Positions 30,088 through 41,093 of a DNA stretch of 64,000 nt are shown here, piece after piece. Source of the stretch: Chloroflexota bacterium (GTDB lineage: Bacteria > Chloroflexota > UBA11872 > VXOZ01); the NCBI GenBank assembly GCA_964291655.2, contig OZ219802.1, forward strand, positions 768,001-832,000. The letters run 5' to 3'. Positions within the stretch are counted from its first letter, which is position 1. Each line of letters opens with the position of its first letter. The translations under genes and the position numbers were made by a program. The notes below the pieces were generated by a model that had not been told where the DNA came from, did no database searches, and saw nothing but the letters and a program-made list of their open reading frames with translations.

Positions 30088-31575
30088 TTATGGCCGCCTA
30101 TCCGGCACCACGTGGCCTTCCGGGTTCGGCCACTGGAATGAGCCCTCTTGCATGTTTTCCAGAGCGCTCAGCACCGTTTGCGGGCCTTCTTGCGCCACTT
30201 TCTTCAACGGATCAGGCCAGCCCTGGAGTTGCTCCTCTTCCCACTGCCAGAGGTGGTATTCCAGGTCCCGCGTGACTTCGACGTTTGCATCCGCCACGTT
30301 GGCTTCCTCACGCGGATCGTTGGCCAGATCAAAGAGCTGAGTCAGCGGCCAGTTCATCAATCCGCCGTGGTAGCTCTTGGTAAGTTTCCAGTCGTGACCA
30401 TCGGCGGCGCCGATGGTGCGGATCGCCCGTTGCGCCGACCATAGGCCATGCTCCAAGTACACGTAGTCGCGTCGCGGCTGCGGTTCCGGCTCGCCGCGCA
30501 GCATCTCCAGGAGCGAGCGTCCCTGCCACTTCGCCGGCGCATCGAGACCGGCGACCGCGCAGAGCGTGGGACCCAGGTCTAAGGTGTAGCTTGCGGCATC
30601 CACCACCGTCTCTGGTCGGATCCCACCACTCGGCCAGCGGGCGAGCATCCAGATGTGGGCATCGGTCTCGTAGACGCCCCAGTGATCGCCGTAGACGCTG
30701 TGTTCGCCTTGATTCTCGCCGTGATCGGTAGCGGCAATGATGAGGGTATCATCCAGAATACCTGCTGCCTCTAACGCATCCAGCAGCCGCCCGACGTACT
30801 CATCGCAATAGGCGATCTCCGCATCATACATCGCCATCCAGTAATCGAAATCTTCCTTGCCCCGGATGCGGTGCGAACCGGCGGAGTTCGGCATATGAGC
30901 GTAGCGCTCGGCGTCATCTTTGATCCGCTCGTCGGACGGCCAGTCAGGCGGCGGGTAGGTAAGCATCTTGTCCACATACGCTTGCGGCGCTTTGTACGAT
31001 TGGTGTGGGTCCCAGTAGTGGACGTAGAGGAAGAAATCGTCCTGCGCGTGGTCTTGCAGCCAAGCAAGAGCAGAAGCCGTGATCTCCGGCGCTTCCACGT
31101 TGCTATGCCCCAAATGCCACTGCGGACGGTAGTACGCATTCCAGCCCATGCGGAACCAGGGTGCCTGGTCGCCGAACGTCGAGACCGCCGCCGTACGCAA
31201 GCCTGCCTCCCCCTTCTGCTCAGCCAGATACTGCTGCACCTGCGGCGCGCGACTGCCGATGGGAGGAAACGTCGGTCCAGCGTAGCGGGTATCTTGCTCC
31301 CAAGGCTTGGTGTCCAATTCGCCTGCCGGCCGTCCATAGTCGCCGACTATCTGTGCCCTCTCGCCGTGCGTGAGCAGTCCGGTCTTGATACCCCAGCGAC
31401 CGGTGAATATGCTCGCCCGCGCGGGCACGCAGGGCGTATCAGCGGCGTACATGTTAGTAAAACGCGCGCCTTCCCGCGCCAGCCGGTCAAGATGCGGCGT
31501 CGTCGGCCGCTCGTAGCCATAGCAGCCCAAGTGATCGCGGCGCAGGGAATCAATATCGATGTAAAGTACTTTCAT
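30088..31575 (-). CDS. Formylglycine-dependent sulfatase
   Basis: DSLRRDHLG, CxPxR (CVPAR), HYWDPH, TDHGE, LFDL..DP.E. Confidence 0.92.
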   Translation of the reverse strand: MKVLYIDIDSLRRDHLGCYGYERPTTPHLDRLAREGARFTNMYAADTPCVPARASIFTGRWGIKTGLLTHGERAQIVGDYGRPAGELDTKPWEQDTRYAGPTFPPIGSRAPQVQQYLAEQKGEAGLRTAAVSTFGDQAPWFRMGWNAYYRPQWHLGHSNVEAPEITASALAWLQDHAQDDFFLYVHYWDPHQSYKAPQAYVDKMLTYPPPDWPSDERIKDDAERYAHMPNSAGSHRIRGKEDFDYWMAMYDAEIAYCDEYVGRLLDALEAAGILDDTLIIAATDHGENQGEHSVYGDHWGVYETDAHIWMLARWPSGGIRPETVVDAASYTLDLGPTLCAVAGLDAPAKWQGRSLLEMLRGEPEPQPRRDYVYLEHGLWSAQRAIRTIGAADGHDWKLTKSYHGGLMNWPLTQLFDLANDPREEANVADANVEVTRDLEYHLWQWEEEQLQGWPDPLKKVAQEGPQTVLSALENMQEGSFQWPNPEGHVVPDRRP

Positions 31576-31935
31576 CTTCGACTCTTCTTAGCACCCAGTC
31601 CCGTTTTTGTAGGCCTCAGTCCCATTTATGTCATTTCGAGCGCAGCGAGAAATCTAGAACTCCATGCACTCCAGTGGTTCAACAACTTAGTCCTAAAGCA
31701 TAGCCGAACTTAGCGCGATACCTCGATAACGTCGCGTACGGCGCAGGTCGCAAACATGTCCTGAGCACTTCGGCAGGCCTGTGCTGAGCCTGTCGAATGG
31801 CCTGCGCTACCGGATGCCTGGCAGCGACCCCAGGGTCCGCGCCATGTATCAGCACTCCGCCGGTCACATCGTAGCGCGGGGGCTTGTCCCCCGCCTGGAA
31901 TGGAACCTAATGCGCTGAAGCCGATAGATTCCCGT

Positions 31936-32973
31936 CTACGCCGGTATGACCGTCGTCTCCTTGCCTTCACGCAGCGCCACCGCATCGGCAATCATACGGT
32001 GGAAATCGTGCTGTGGCGCATAATTCACCCGCGACTTCGCCGCACTGTTATCCGCCCAGTACTGCCAGCAGGCCGGCGCTTCCCAATCTAGTACCGGCAG
32101 GCCCAATAGATCGCTTAACACCGGCGTCGCTTCACTGAATGGAATGGCGTACGGCCCGTGCATGTTCAGGGTCGCGCCGACCCCGCCGTCCTCTTCGAGC
32201 GCCTGCACAATGCCGTGCACGACGTCGCGGGCGTCGGTGCGCTGCCAGAGCCAGGGGTTGCCGTCACGGTCGTGGTAGTTGACCAGCAGCTTGCTGGGAT
32301 CGTCCGTGCGCTGCTTCACCGCCTCATCCAGCTTGGCCACATTTTCCGCCATCTCAGGATGCCACAGCGGGCCGCGCTGCGCTTGGCTCGCCTCGCGGTA
32401 CTGGCTTGCAGCAATGCCCGACGTCCAGCCGTTGAAGATTTCTTCCCCAGCTAGGATTGCGCCCGGTCGAATAATCGTCGTCTTAAGCCCGTATTCCCGC
32501 CGGTAGTGTTCCACCATCTCCTCATTCAGCACCTTGATCATGCCGTACTCTTTGACCGGCAGGCGTGGATGTTGCTCGTCTACCGGAGCATAGAGCAGCG
32601 ACGGCATGGGATAGACCGTGTCGCTGCTGATGTGCACAAACCGGTGCAGCGCATCGCCCTGCTCAGCCACCGCCTGCAACAAGCGCATGGTGCCGGTGGT
32701 GTTGATGTCATAGTACGTGAACTTCTCCATGGAGGGCGGCCGGGACATGACACACGCCGTGTGGACCACGGCATCCACTCCCACCGCCGCCTTGGCGATG
32801 CCCTCGGTGTCATCCAGCCCCACGTTTGCGATCTCAACATCAAAGGCATCGAGCTTGTCCGCCTTCGGGTCGCCCGGAAAGACCATGCCTCGCACCTGAT
32901 GACCCCGCGCGAGCAACTCTTTCGTTAGGTTCGTACCCACGCGTCCCGATGCACCTGAGAGCAGTATTCTCAC
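31936..32973 (-). CDS. NAD-dependent epimerase/dehydratase
   Basis: SGASGRVG, HISS, YxxxK (YGMIK), DARDV. Confidence 0.88.
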   Translation of the reverse strand: MRILLSGASGRVGTNLTKELLARGHQVRGMVFPGDPKADKLDAFDVEIANVGLDDTEGIAKAAVGVDAVVHTACVMSRPPSMEKFTYYDINTTGTMRLLQAVAEQGDALHRFVHISSDTVYPMPSLLYAPVDEQHPRLPVKEYGMIKVLNEEMVEHYRREYGLKTTIIRPGAILAGEEIFNGWTSGIAASQYREASQAQRGPLWHPEMAENVAKLDEAVKQRTDDPSKLLVNYHDRDGNPWLWQRTDARDVVHGIVQALEEDGGVGATLNMHGPYAIPFSEATPVLSDLLGLPVLDWEAPACWQYWADNSAAKSRVNYAPQHDFHRMIADAVALREGKETTVIPA

Positions 32974-33143
32974 CGGCCTAGCTCCTTAGTTTCTTGCTTG
33001 TTTCTGGGTCGATAATACGCAAGCCGCGAACTGGACGCAAAGCGACGGCATACAGAGTTGAGCCGCCCCTTGCGCCTAATGGCGCGTTTGGGGCGGCCCA
33101 TAACGGTCACAATCCAGTGCGGTTCGTATCCTACATGCGAACT

Positions 33144-34547
33144 TTACTGAAGCACCGAGTTCGCCAACGATTCGTTCAGCACTTCCTGAGCCAACTGATC
33201 GGCCTCTTTAAGCGCCTCTTGGATGGTCGTTTCCTTCTTGAAGATGGTCTGTGCCATGGTGTTGTGAATGCCGATCAGGCCGATGCCGCCCGGCGCTCCA
33301 ACGACGAAACCGGCAACCGCCATCGAGTCCACGGCCTCCTTGCGCAACGGATCGCCCTGGATGAAGTCCTCGCTGTTGGCTACGGACTTGCGCATGGGCA
33401 ACCGGCTCTTACCCAAAGCGTGGCGGAGGTCTTGCGGCGCCTCGAAGAGCCACTCGATGAACTTAAAGGCCTGCTCCGGATTCTTGGAGCCGTTGGGGAT
33501 GATGTTGTCGCCGCAGCCGCTATACGTCACGGTATTGCCACCCGGCGGCAAAGGCGCTGGAGCTGCGCTGTATTCGAGCTTGTCGAAGCCCGCTTTGTAG
33601 TTGGGCTGGTGCGGCGTGTCATAGATCGTATAGATCATGCTGGCGCCGCGGTCGGTGAAGACAATCCGGGGATCGACATCGCCTCGGAATTCATCTGCCG
33701 CCAGAAAACCATCCTGCAAATCATAGATGCGGAGCATATGCTCGAATGCGGCCACCGTTGTCTCATTGTCGAGCGTCGAGGTGCTGTCGTCCGCACTAAT
33801 AATGGCGCCGCCCAACTGCCAGACCGCCACCATCCAGCACGCGAAGATACTGCCGGGGCCCCAGTGCGGGACGTAGCCAAGCTGGGAGAGTTTCGCGCCG
33901 TCTTTCTTCACCAGCCTGCCGATGGCTGAGTAGAGGTCATCCCACGTGGCGGGCGGATTCTCCGGATCCAGACCGGCCTCGATCAGGTTTTCGTGGCCGA
34001 TGAAGAGCGTGCGGGCGTCGGGCGTAAAGGGCATCCCAAACTGGCGCCCCTGCCACACGGCATCATTCAAAATCTCTTCCCACATATCGCCGGTATCTAT
34101 GGTGGCAGAGGCCTTGACCATTTCGGTCATCTCCGATGCCAGGCCACCATGGGCAAGGGTCTTGATGGTGAAACGCGGCGCGAATGACATATCGGGCGCG
34201 GCGTCGGCCGCCACCGCAGCGGGCAGTTTCTCAAACGTCTCGCTCCACGGCGTAGGCATGGTGTTGATGAAGATTGCGTCCTGCATCGAGTTGAACTCGT
34301 CGCGCAGTTCCAGTCCCACACCTTCAGTGAACGACGCCCAGAAACCATTGAGCGACCAGAAGTCAACCTGCACGGTCTCCATCTTGGGCGCTTCCGCCTC
34401 GGCTTCCTTCTCTTCCATCTCAGGTGCTTCTTCCACAGGCGCGGCTACCTGCCCACATGCGGCCAAGAGTCCCACACTTCCAAGCATGCCGGCGCCAATG
34501 CCAAGCATCCGCCGACGGGTCACGTTCACGTCCGTTGCCTTAGACAT
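33144..34547 (-). CDS. Carbohydrate ABC transporter substrate-binding lipoprotein (Tat)
   Basis: TRRRML, LAAC lipobox, Glu/Ala/Pro linker, GLDPENPPATWDDL, SKNPEQAFKF. Confidence 0.88.
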   Translation of the reverse strand: MSKATDVNVTRRRMLGIGAGMLGSVGLLAACGQVAAPVEEAPEMEEKEAEAEAPKMETVQVDFWSLNGFWASFTEGVGLELRDEFNSMQDAIFINTMPTPWSETFEKLPAAVAADAAPDMSFAPRFTIKTLAHGGLASEMTEMVKASATIDTGDMWEEILNDAVWQGRQFGMPFTPDARTLFIGHENLIEAGLDPENPPATWDDLYSAIGRLVKKDGAKLSQLGYVPHWGPGSIFACWMVAVWQLGGAIISADDSTSTLDNETTVAAFEHMLRIYDLQDGFLAADEFRGDVDPRIVFTDRGASMIYTIYDTPHQPNYKAGFDKLEYSAAPAPLPPGGNTVTYSGCGDNIIPNGSKNPEQAFKFIEWLFEAPQDLRHALGKSRLPMRKSVANSEDFIQGDPLRKEAVDSMAVAGFVVGAPGGIGLIGIHNTMAQTIFKKETTIQEALKEADQLAQEVLNESLANSVLQ

Positions 34548-34792
34548 TCTTTGTCTCCTTTAGCAGTTCTGGCTAAACACGCCTAAGCAGCGAGTTTGCT
34601 GTGAAGCGGCTGCACCAACGTCTTTGCTTTATTGAAGAAAGCTCCGCAAAGAATTGCCTGCCGCAATGAGCGTCTTCTTAGTCCCTCCTTCCTCGATAGT
34701 CCTTTACTTGCCCTGCATCATATCAATTGACTAGCAGCACGACAAGTGAGCAACGCGTCGGGATTACCCAACGAGTGAGTGCCGAAATTCGG

Positions 34793-35830
34793 CTAGGCAG
34801 CCGTGCCTTCGACGATACTCACCACGGCATGCGTGGGGACGACCCGGCTAAGGGAAAGGCCCGCCTGGGCAAAGAGTTCCACGTATTCTTCTTCCGTGCG
34901 TTCACGCCCGCCGGAGGTCAGCGCGAGCATCACCACGTCCCAGAGCTTGCTGTTCGACGGCTCATTGCCCGGCGGCATCACGCCTTCTATGACGAGCACC
35001 CGGCCACCCGCCGTCATGGCGTCGCGACAGTTCCGCAGGATCGCCGCAGACCGCTCATCGTCCCAGTCATGGATGATGTGCTTGAGGAGGTAGACATCGC
35101 CGCCCGAAGGAACACCGGCGAAGAAGTCGCCGCCATCAACTCGGCACCGCACGCCGATTGCCGAGGCTTCAAGCTCCGCTCTGGTAGCATCAACCACATT
35201 CGGCCGGTCATAGAGAATGCCGTCGAGCGCGGGATAGGCTGCGAGGACTTCGGTCAGCAGGCGACCGTGACCGCCCCCCACGTCCACCACCTTCTTGCAG
35301 TCCGAAAAGTCATAGGCAGCACAGACACCGGCGGCCTCGAAGCGCGAAAGCGCCGTCATTGAATTATTGAAGTCAGTTGCCGCGTCGGGGTTCTGTTCCA
35401 TGAAGTCAAAGAGCGAAAGCCCACAGGCAAGGTCAAATGCCGGCTCGTTCTTTTCGACACTGTAGAGCAGATGCGCCCACGCCCGGTTGTACCACTCGCT
35501 GCCGTGCACGATCGCGTAGTCGCGAAAGGAACAGGGCGCATCCGCTTGCAGCAGTTCCGCCATGGGGGTGAGCGCAAACTGCCGCGGCTCCAACTCCACA
35601 AACACATCCAAACTTGCCAAGAGACGCAAGACGCGATAGAGCGCCTCCGCGCTCGTCTCCGTCTCTGCGGCGAGTTCGTCCACAGTTTGCGGGCCGTCTG
35701 CCAACAGGTCGGCAATACCCAGTTTCGCGGCGACGAAGAGGCACTGCGTGGTGGCTTTGCCCCAAACCAACTGTTGCAGGCGGGGCACAAGCGCTGGGTC
35801 TGGAAATGATTCAGGCCATTCAGGCGTCAC
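34793..35830 (-). CDS. SAM-dependent O-methyltransferase with dimerisation domain
   Basis: AAKLGIADLL, VDVGGGHG, GDFF, KHIIHDW, GGRERT. Confidence 0.92.
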   Translation of the reverse strand: MTPEWPESFPDPALVPRLQQLVWGKATTQCLFVAAKLGIADLLADGPQTVDELAAETETSAEALYRVLRLLASLDVFVELEPRQFALTPMAELLQADAPCSFRDYAIVHGSEWYNRAWAHLLYSVEKNEPAFDLACGLSLFDFMEQNPDAATDFNNSMTALSRFEAAGVCAAYDFSDCKKVVDVGGGHGRLLTEVLAAYPALDGILYDRPNVVDATRAELEASAIGVRCRVDGGDFFAGVPSGGDVYLLKHIIHDWDDERSAAILRNCRDAMTAGGRVLVIEGVMPPGNEPSNSKLWDVVMLALTSGGRERTEEEYVELFAQAGLSLSRVVPTHAVVSIVEGTAA

Positions 35831-36011
35831 GAATAGGCTCCAATCCTACAAATTGACTGGCGCGGAGACAGATTCTTCTAGCGTTTACTATGACAGTTGA
35901 AATCTGTCAGCGCTTGTCCCTCACATCCTCAAGAGCGGGGGACGAGCCCCCGCTCTACGCTAATCTCATTGATGGAGATGCGGTTCACATCGCGTGGGCT
36001 TAGGATTCCGC

Positions 36012-37766
36012 TTAGCGTCCCATGGCGTAGGGGACCATCGTCCGCGGAGATGCTCCACCTTCAATCAGACCGGAATCCGGATCGAAACGAACACCCGTAA
36101 CCTGACCGTGCCCCCAGTCTCCTCCTACGACGATCTCATGGCCACGGGCCTCGAGCGCGGCGCGTGTTTCTGCTGAAATGCGACCCTCCACCACCACTCT
36201 CTTGGGATAGGCGGCGCGGGGGTAGAATGAACTGGGGAAGTGCATGGTATGAAAAGACGGGGCCTCAATCGCTTCCTGAAGATTCATGCCAAAATCCACC
36301 ACGTTGAGGAAGAACTGTAGCGTCCATTGGTCCTGCATGTCGCCGCCGGGCGTGCCGAAGACCATATGCGGCCTGCCGTCTTTCATTGCCAGCGAAGGTG
36401 TCAAGGTCGTGCGGGGACGCTTCCCCGGCATGAGGGCATTGGGATGGTCCGGATCGAGAGAGAACATCTGCCCACGTGTGCCCAACGGGAAGCCGAGACC
36501 CTCAACAACCGGCGAGGACGGCAACCAACCTCCGCTCGGCGTGGCGGAAAACATGTTGCCTTCCGCATCGATGACGTCCAAATGGGTCGTATCAAAGGCG
36601 TAGAACGCCGGGTCGCCGGGCAGCGTTTCCAAGGTCTGCGGCGGCAGGCCGCCGGGCCGTAGTTCGGCGGAAGCCGCCGCCAGATCAATCAACGTGCTGC
36701 GCTCCGCGGCGTACTCTTTGCTCAAGAGCCGGTCAAACGGCACGTGCACAAATGCCGGATCGCCGTAGTACGTCTCGCGGTCTGCGAAGGCCAGCTTCGC
36801 CGCCTCGACCACGGTGTGGATATACTCAGGTGAATTGTGACCCAAGCCCGCCAGGTCGAATTGCTCCAGCAGTGTGAGTTGTTGTAAGAAGACGGGTCCT
36901 TGGCACCAGGGACCGCATTTATAGACGTCTATGCCTCGATAGTTGACCGTGACAGGAGGCTCAACCTTGGTGCGAAAAGCAGCGAAATCCTCTGCGGTAA
37001 TCAGACCCCGGTGCGTTTCGCCACTGGCGTCAAGAATCTCCGTGTTCGCTACAAAGTCAGCAGCCTTTGCGGCCACGTCGCCGCGATAGAAATAGTCGAG
37101 GGCAGCGCGCAACCCCGCTTCCCGCCCGCGATGCTGCTCTCGCATCTCCACGTCTATGGCTGCTTGAAAGGTGGCCGCCCAGGTCGGCTGCCGCCACAGC
37201 GAGCCAACTTCCGGTACCGCGCCGTTATCCAGAAATGCCTCGGCCGACGTCGGCCAGCGGGTGCGAAATTTCTCCGCGTGGGTTGCAAGTGAGCGGCTCA
37301 ATTCCGCATACATGGGAAAGCCGTCGCGGGCCATGTCCACCACCGGGCCCAGCGTCTCCTTGAGGCTCAGTCTCCCATACCGCAGCAGCGACGTGACCCA
37401 CGCGCCAAACGCGCCCGGCACCGTGGCCGGCAAGAGACCGTCACCTGGAATGAGGTCGATGTTTTGCGCGCGAAACCACTCGATGGTTGCTCGCTTTGGC
37501 GCCATGCCCTGGCCGTTAATGGCAACAGTCTGCGGGCCGTCAGCGGCGGCGCGGTGAATGAGAATTGGGCTCTCGCCGCCGATGCCGTTCGAATGGGGCT
37601 TCAGAAGATTGAGCGCAAAGCCGGCTGCCACACCGGCATCTATGGCATTCCCGCCGTTCTCCAGTACCCGCATTCCAATTGCCGTCGCCAGGTAATGCCC
37701 CGTCGTCACCACGCCGAACGTACCCGTGATGACGGGGCGTGTCGTAAACTCCGCCATTTCGCTCAT
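36012..37766 (-). CDS. ggt: Gamma-glutamyltransferase family protein
   Basis: GGNAIDA, VPG, KLAFADR, DTTH autocleavage site, PGKRPRTT, GTPGGD.Q. Confidence 0.92.
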   Translation of the reverse strand: MSEMAEFTTRPVITGTFGVVTTGHYLATAIGMRVLENGGNAIDAGVAAGFALNLLKPHSNGIGGESPILIHRAAADGPQTVAINGQGMAPKRATIEWFRAQNIDLIPGDGLLPATVPGAFGAWVTSLLRYGRLSLKETLGPVVDMARDGFPMYAELSRSLATHAEKFRTRWPTSAEAFLDNGAVPEVGSLWRQPTWAATFQAAIDVEMREQHRGREAGLRAALDYFYRGDVAAKAADFVANTEILDASGETHRGLITAEDFAAFRTKVEPPVTVNYRGIDVYKCGPWCQGPVFLQQLTLLEQFDLAGLGHNSPEYIHTVVEAAKLAFADRETYYGDPAFVHVPFDRLLSKEYAAERSTLIDLAAASAELRPGGLPPQTLETLPGDPAFYAFDTTHLDVIDAEGNMFSATPSGGWLPSSPVVEGLGFPLGTRGQMFSLDPDHPNALMPGKRPRTTLTPSLAMKDGRPHMVFGTPGGDMQDQWTLQFFLNVVDFGMNLQEAIEAPSFHTMHFPSSFYPRAAYPKRVVVEGRISAETRAALEARGHEIVVGGDWGHGQVTGVRFDPDSGLIEGGASPRTMVPYAMGR

Positions 37767-37982
37767 TCACTCCTTATACCGCCAAAGCGCTTCGTCGTAC
37801 GAGGAAAAGTCCCCCGGCGAACGCTCAGCGGGCTATCCAATTCAGGCATTGTCCATGAGTTATTGCAATGAACGTAGCATGCCACCCTCGAATCCGCAAA
37901 CACTGCCGCTTGTAGCAAGCCGGCTCTCCTCAGTGGTACGATTGGGCGAGCAACCTGCCAAGTAGTAGAGCAATCCGTACCC

Positions 37983-39341
37983 ATGAAGCCGACCAACGCC
38001 CCGCCATTGCCCCAGATGCCCATCGACCTAGAAGACAACCTGCGCCTGCGCCTTGCCATACCCGATGACTTCGACGCCTGGGTTGACTTCAACGAGCGCA
38101 TGCGCGAATACGATCCGTCCTCGAACCGCGTCGGTGTCTGGGCACATGAACTTATGTCAGGTCGGCATCCCACCACGAGAGCCAGCGACTTCACGGTGGT
38201 GGAAGACATGGGCACCGGCAAGATCGTCTCGTCCCTCTGCCTGATCCCACAGACCTGGTCGTATGGCGGCATCCCGTTCGGCTGCGGCCGCATCGAGCAG
38301 GTGGGCACCGACCCGCTCTACCGGCGGCGCGGCCTCATTCGCAAGCAAATGGACGTGATCCACGCGCTCAGTGCATCCAAAGGCGAGTTAATGCAGGCCA
38401 TCACGGGCATCCCGTGGTACTACCGCCAATTTGGGTACGAGTTTTCCCTCGATCTCTATCACGGCCGCGTGGTACGTGTGTCGCCCCCTTCTACAGAAAC
38501 CACTACCCAGTACCACGTGAGACCGTTGACCGAATCCGACCACTCCTTCGTTCGGACTGTGTACGCGCATGCCGAACAGCGGCAACCGTATAGCGTGGTG
38601 CGCTCAGACGAGCATTGGGAGTTTGAGTTTTCCGGCCGCAGCGTTGCAAGCGAGGTCTACAAGGAGTGGCTTGTTATCGTGGACAAGGAGCAACAGCCGG
38701 TTGGCTTCATCCACTACCACCCGCTCCCTAAGTCCCTAGAACCGAAACCGTGGCGTTTAGTTTTGCGCCAATGTGCGCTCGCGCCGGGCGTTAGTTACCT
38801 GAACGTCATGCCGGACCTGCTAACCGCAATCCCTGCCTATGTACAATCGCTGAACAATAACGGCGGAAGTGAAGCAGAACCGCAACCCGGCGAGATAGTG
38901 TTCATGCTGGGTCGCGAGAATCCCGCCTACGGTATGTTGCCACACCTGGCAACATCCTCGCTCCAGGGATACGCCTGGTACATCCGCGTACCGGATCTGG
39001 CTGCATTCCTGCGCCAGGTGCGGCCGGCGCTCGAGAGTAACTTACCGGGCACACCCGCGGAGGGCTACACTGGCGCGCTTACGCTAAGCTTCTTCCGCAG
39101 CGGCTTGCGGCTAAGTTTCGATCAGGGCAGGATCACAGAAGTCGCCACTCTTGGCCATAAGGATGCCGAAACCTGTGACGCAAGCTTCCCTGATCTGACA
39201 TTCCTGCAATTGCTCGGCGGTCGCTGCACCTATGCCCACCTTAGTGAAAGCTATCCCGATTGCAGCGCCACACCCACAGCCCAAGCCCTGCTGGCGGCGC
39301 TCTTTCCGCCCTTTACCGGAAACCTCTGGCATTCGGATTAG
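37983..39341 (+). CDS. GNAT N-acetyltransferase (Eis-like multidomain)
   Basis: VGTDPLYRRRGL acetyl-CoA motif, GIPWYYRQFGY, SCP2-like C-terminus. Confidence 0.8.
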   Translation: MKPTNAPPLPQMPIDLEDNLRLRLAIPDDFDAWVDFNERMREYDPSSNRVGVWAHELMSGRHPTTRASDFTVVEDMGTGKIVSSLCLIPQTWSYGGIPFGCGRIEQVGTDPLYRRRGLIRKQMDVIHALSASKGELMQAITGIPWYYRQFGYEFSLDLYHGRVVRVSPPSTETTTQYHVRPLTESDHSFVRTVYAHAEQRQPYSVVRSDEHWEFEFSGRSVASEVYKEWLVIVDKEQQPVGFIHYHPLPKSLEPKPWRLVLRQCALAPGVSYLNVMPDLLTAIPAYVQSLNNNGGSEAEPQPGEIVFMLGRENPAYGMLPHLATSSLQGYAWYIRVPDLAAFLRQVRPALESNLPGTPAEGYTGALTLSFFRSGLRLSFDQGRITEVATLGHKDAETCDASFPDLTFLQLLGGRCTYAHLSESYPDCSATPTAQALLAALFPPFTGNLWHSD

Positions 39342-39443
39342 CAATTCTTTGTTGGGGGGATTAGAACAGCTGAGCTGTGTTCGGCTGCGCTCAGCAATCC
39401 CCTAGAAGCAGCCGCCAGTTGGACAAACGCTGTCAAAGGGGAC

Positions 39444-40205
39444 TTACTGCGCCGTGTAGCCGCCGTCCACCGGCAACGCGGCTCCGGTCACGAACGATGC
39501 TGCATCGGAACAGAGCCACACCACCACTTCAGCAACTTCCTCCGGGCTGGCAAACCGGCCGTTCGGCTGCGAAGCCAACAGTCTATCGCCGACCTGAGGA
39601 TTGCGCGTTACCAACGTCTCCAACATGGGGCTGAAGACCGCGGCCGGGCAGACGCAGTTTACGCGGATGTCGTGGGGAGCGTATTGGAGCGCTGCCGTCT
39701 TCGTCAGTCCCACCACGCCGTGTTTGCTAGCGGCGTAAGCCGGACTGTGCTGGCTACCCACCAGGCCCGCCACTGAAGACACATTAACTATTGCCCCACC
39801 GCCCGACTGCATCATGGCGGGTATCTCGTACTTCATGCAGAGCCACACACCCTTGAGATTGACCCCCATCACGTCGTCCCAGTCGTCTTCCGTAAAGTCG
39901 ATCATTGCGGCTCCGCTGCCGAGCACGCCGGCATTGTTGAAGCCAAAGTCCAAGCGTCCGTAGGTCTGCGTGGCGACCGACACAACATTCTCCACGTCGG
40001 TGGACGTACTCACGTCTGCCTTGAGGAATGCGGCCTCCCCACCACTCTTCGTAACCAGTTGTGCCGCTTCCTCCCCGCCCTGCACGTCAACATCCGCAAG
40101 CACCACACGGGCGCCTTCACGCGCAAACGCCAAGGCGGCGGCGCGGCCAATCCCGGATGCCGCGCCTGTGACCAACGCGACCTTGTTTGTAAATGGTCGT
40201 TCCAC
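39444..40205 (-). CDS. Short-chain dehydrogenase/reductase
   Basis: TGAASGIG, NNAG, YAASK, VDGG; likely GTG start at 40205 with AAGGA RBS. Confidence 0.92.
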   Translation of the reverse strand: MERPFTNKVALVTGAASGIGRAAALAFAREGARVVLADVDVQGGEEAAQLVTKSGGEAAFLKADVSTSTDVENVVSVATQTYGRLDFGFNNAGVLGSGAAMIDFTEDDWDDVMGVNLKGVWLCMKYEIPAMMQSGGGAIVNVSSVAGLVGSQHSPAYAASKHGVVGLTKTAALQYAPHDIRVNCVCPAAVFSPMLETLVTRNPQVGDRLLASQPNGRFASPEEVAEVVVWLCSDAASFVTGAALPVDGGYTAQ

Positions 40206-40682
40206 GCTAATGTTCCTTGCGCCGTCTGCTAATAGTCTTGCCTGCAATGCAATGCGATGAGAGCGCAGCCCTGACTGCCGTTCCTATGACAATAGAATGC
40301 CGAGTTCCGTCATTCCCGCGCAATGCCTGCCCTGTACCCCAACACGGGGCAGGAATCCATCTTCGCAATTTCAAGCACTCATCATCTACTTGGGAGTACC
40401 AACGCATCCACACGTGCTCCATGATCGCGTTCGAATGAACTTGTCGCGGGAGACAATTATGGAATTAGTAGATCCGGACTTGTCAGTGCAGATGCAAGAC
40501 GCCACGCATACCTTACCCAGATCGGCTCCTCGATCTGTCACTCTGAGGAGCGCAGCGACGAAGAATTTAGAGTGCAGAGATTCTAGATTCCGCGAACCCT
40601 GTTCGACGTTGCACTCGGAATTGCATGTGTTGAGTAATTCGTTGACAAAGACTTCCACTCACTGGACTGTGTCGAACGCACA

Positions 40683-40956
40683 TGTCATTCCTGTAAGTGT
40701 TGAGTAAATCGTTGACAGAATCCGCTTTCCATTCTGAGGAGTTGACGGTGCATGTCATTCCGAGCGGAGCGTCGAACGATGTTCGCGGAATCTAGGGTCC
40801 CTGCTCAACGCACTCTAACAGCTTCAGCACACTAGATTCCTCTCTTCGCTGCGCTTCGTTCGGAATGACATGTGTGCTAGTCATGTCTAAAACCGCGAAA
40901 GGTTGCTTTTGTACTCAAATCTGTCAACGAATTACCTGACACTTACAGGAATGACA
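40683..40956. mobile_element. Non-autonomous nested inverted-repeat element (MITE/REPIN-like)
   Basis: 37-bp terminal IR (33/37 match) at 40683-40719 and 40920-40956, enclosing an inner TGTCATTCCGA...TCGGAATGACA IR. Confidence 0.65.
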
Positions 40957-41093
40957 AGAAGCTAAGCCTTGCGAAAGTATCAAGTTTATATCTACTAATC
41001 CCGGATTACTTTACCCAGGACTGATTCCTCAACGTCACACACAAGGGATAAGCAGTCTAGCTTGCCGTCACTATGCCGCGACGGCTCTGGATT

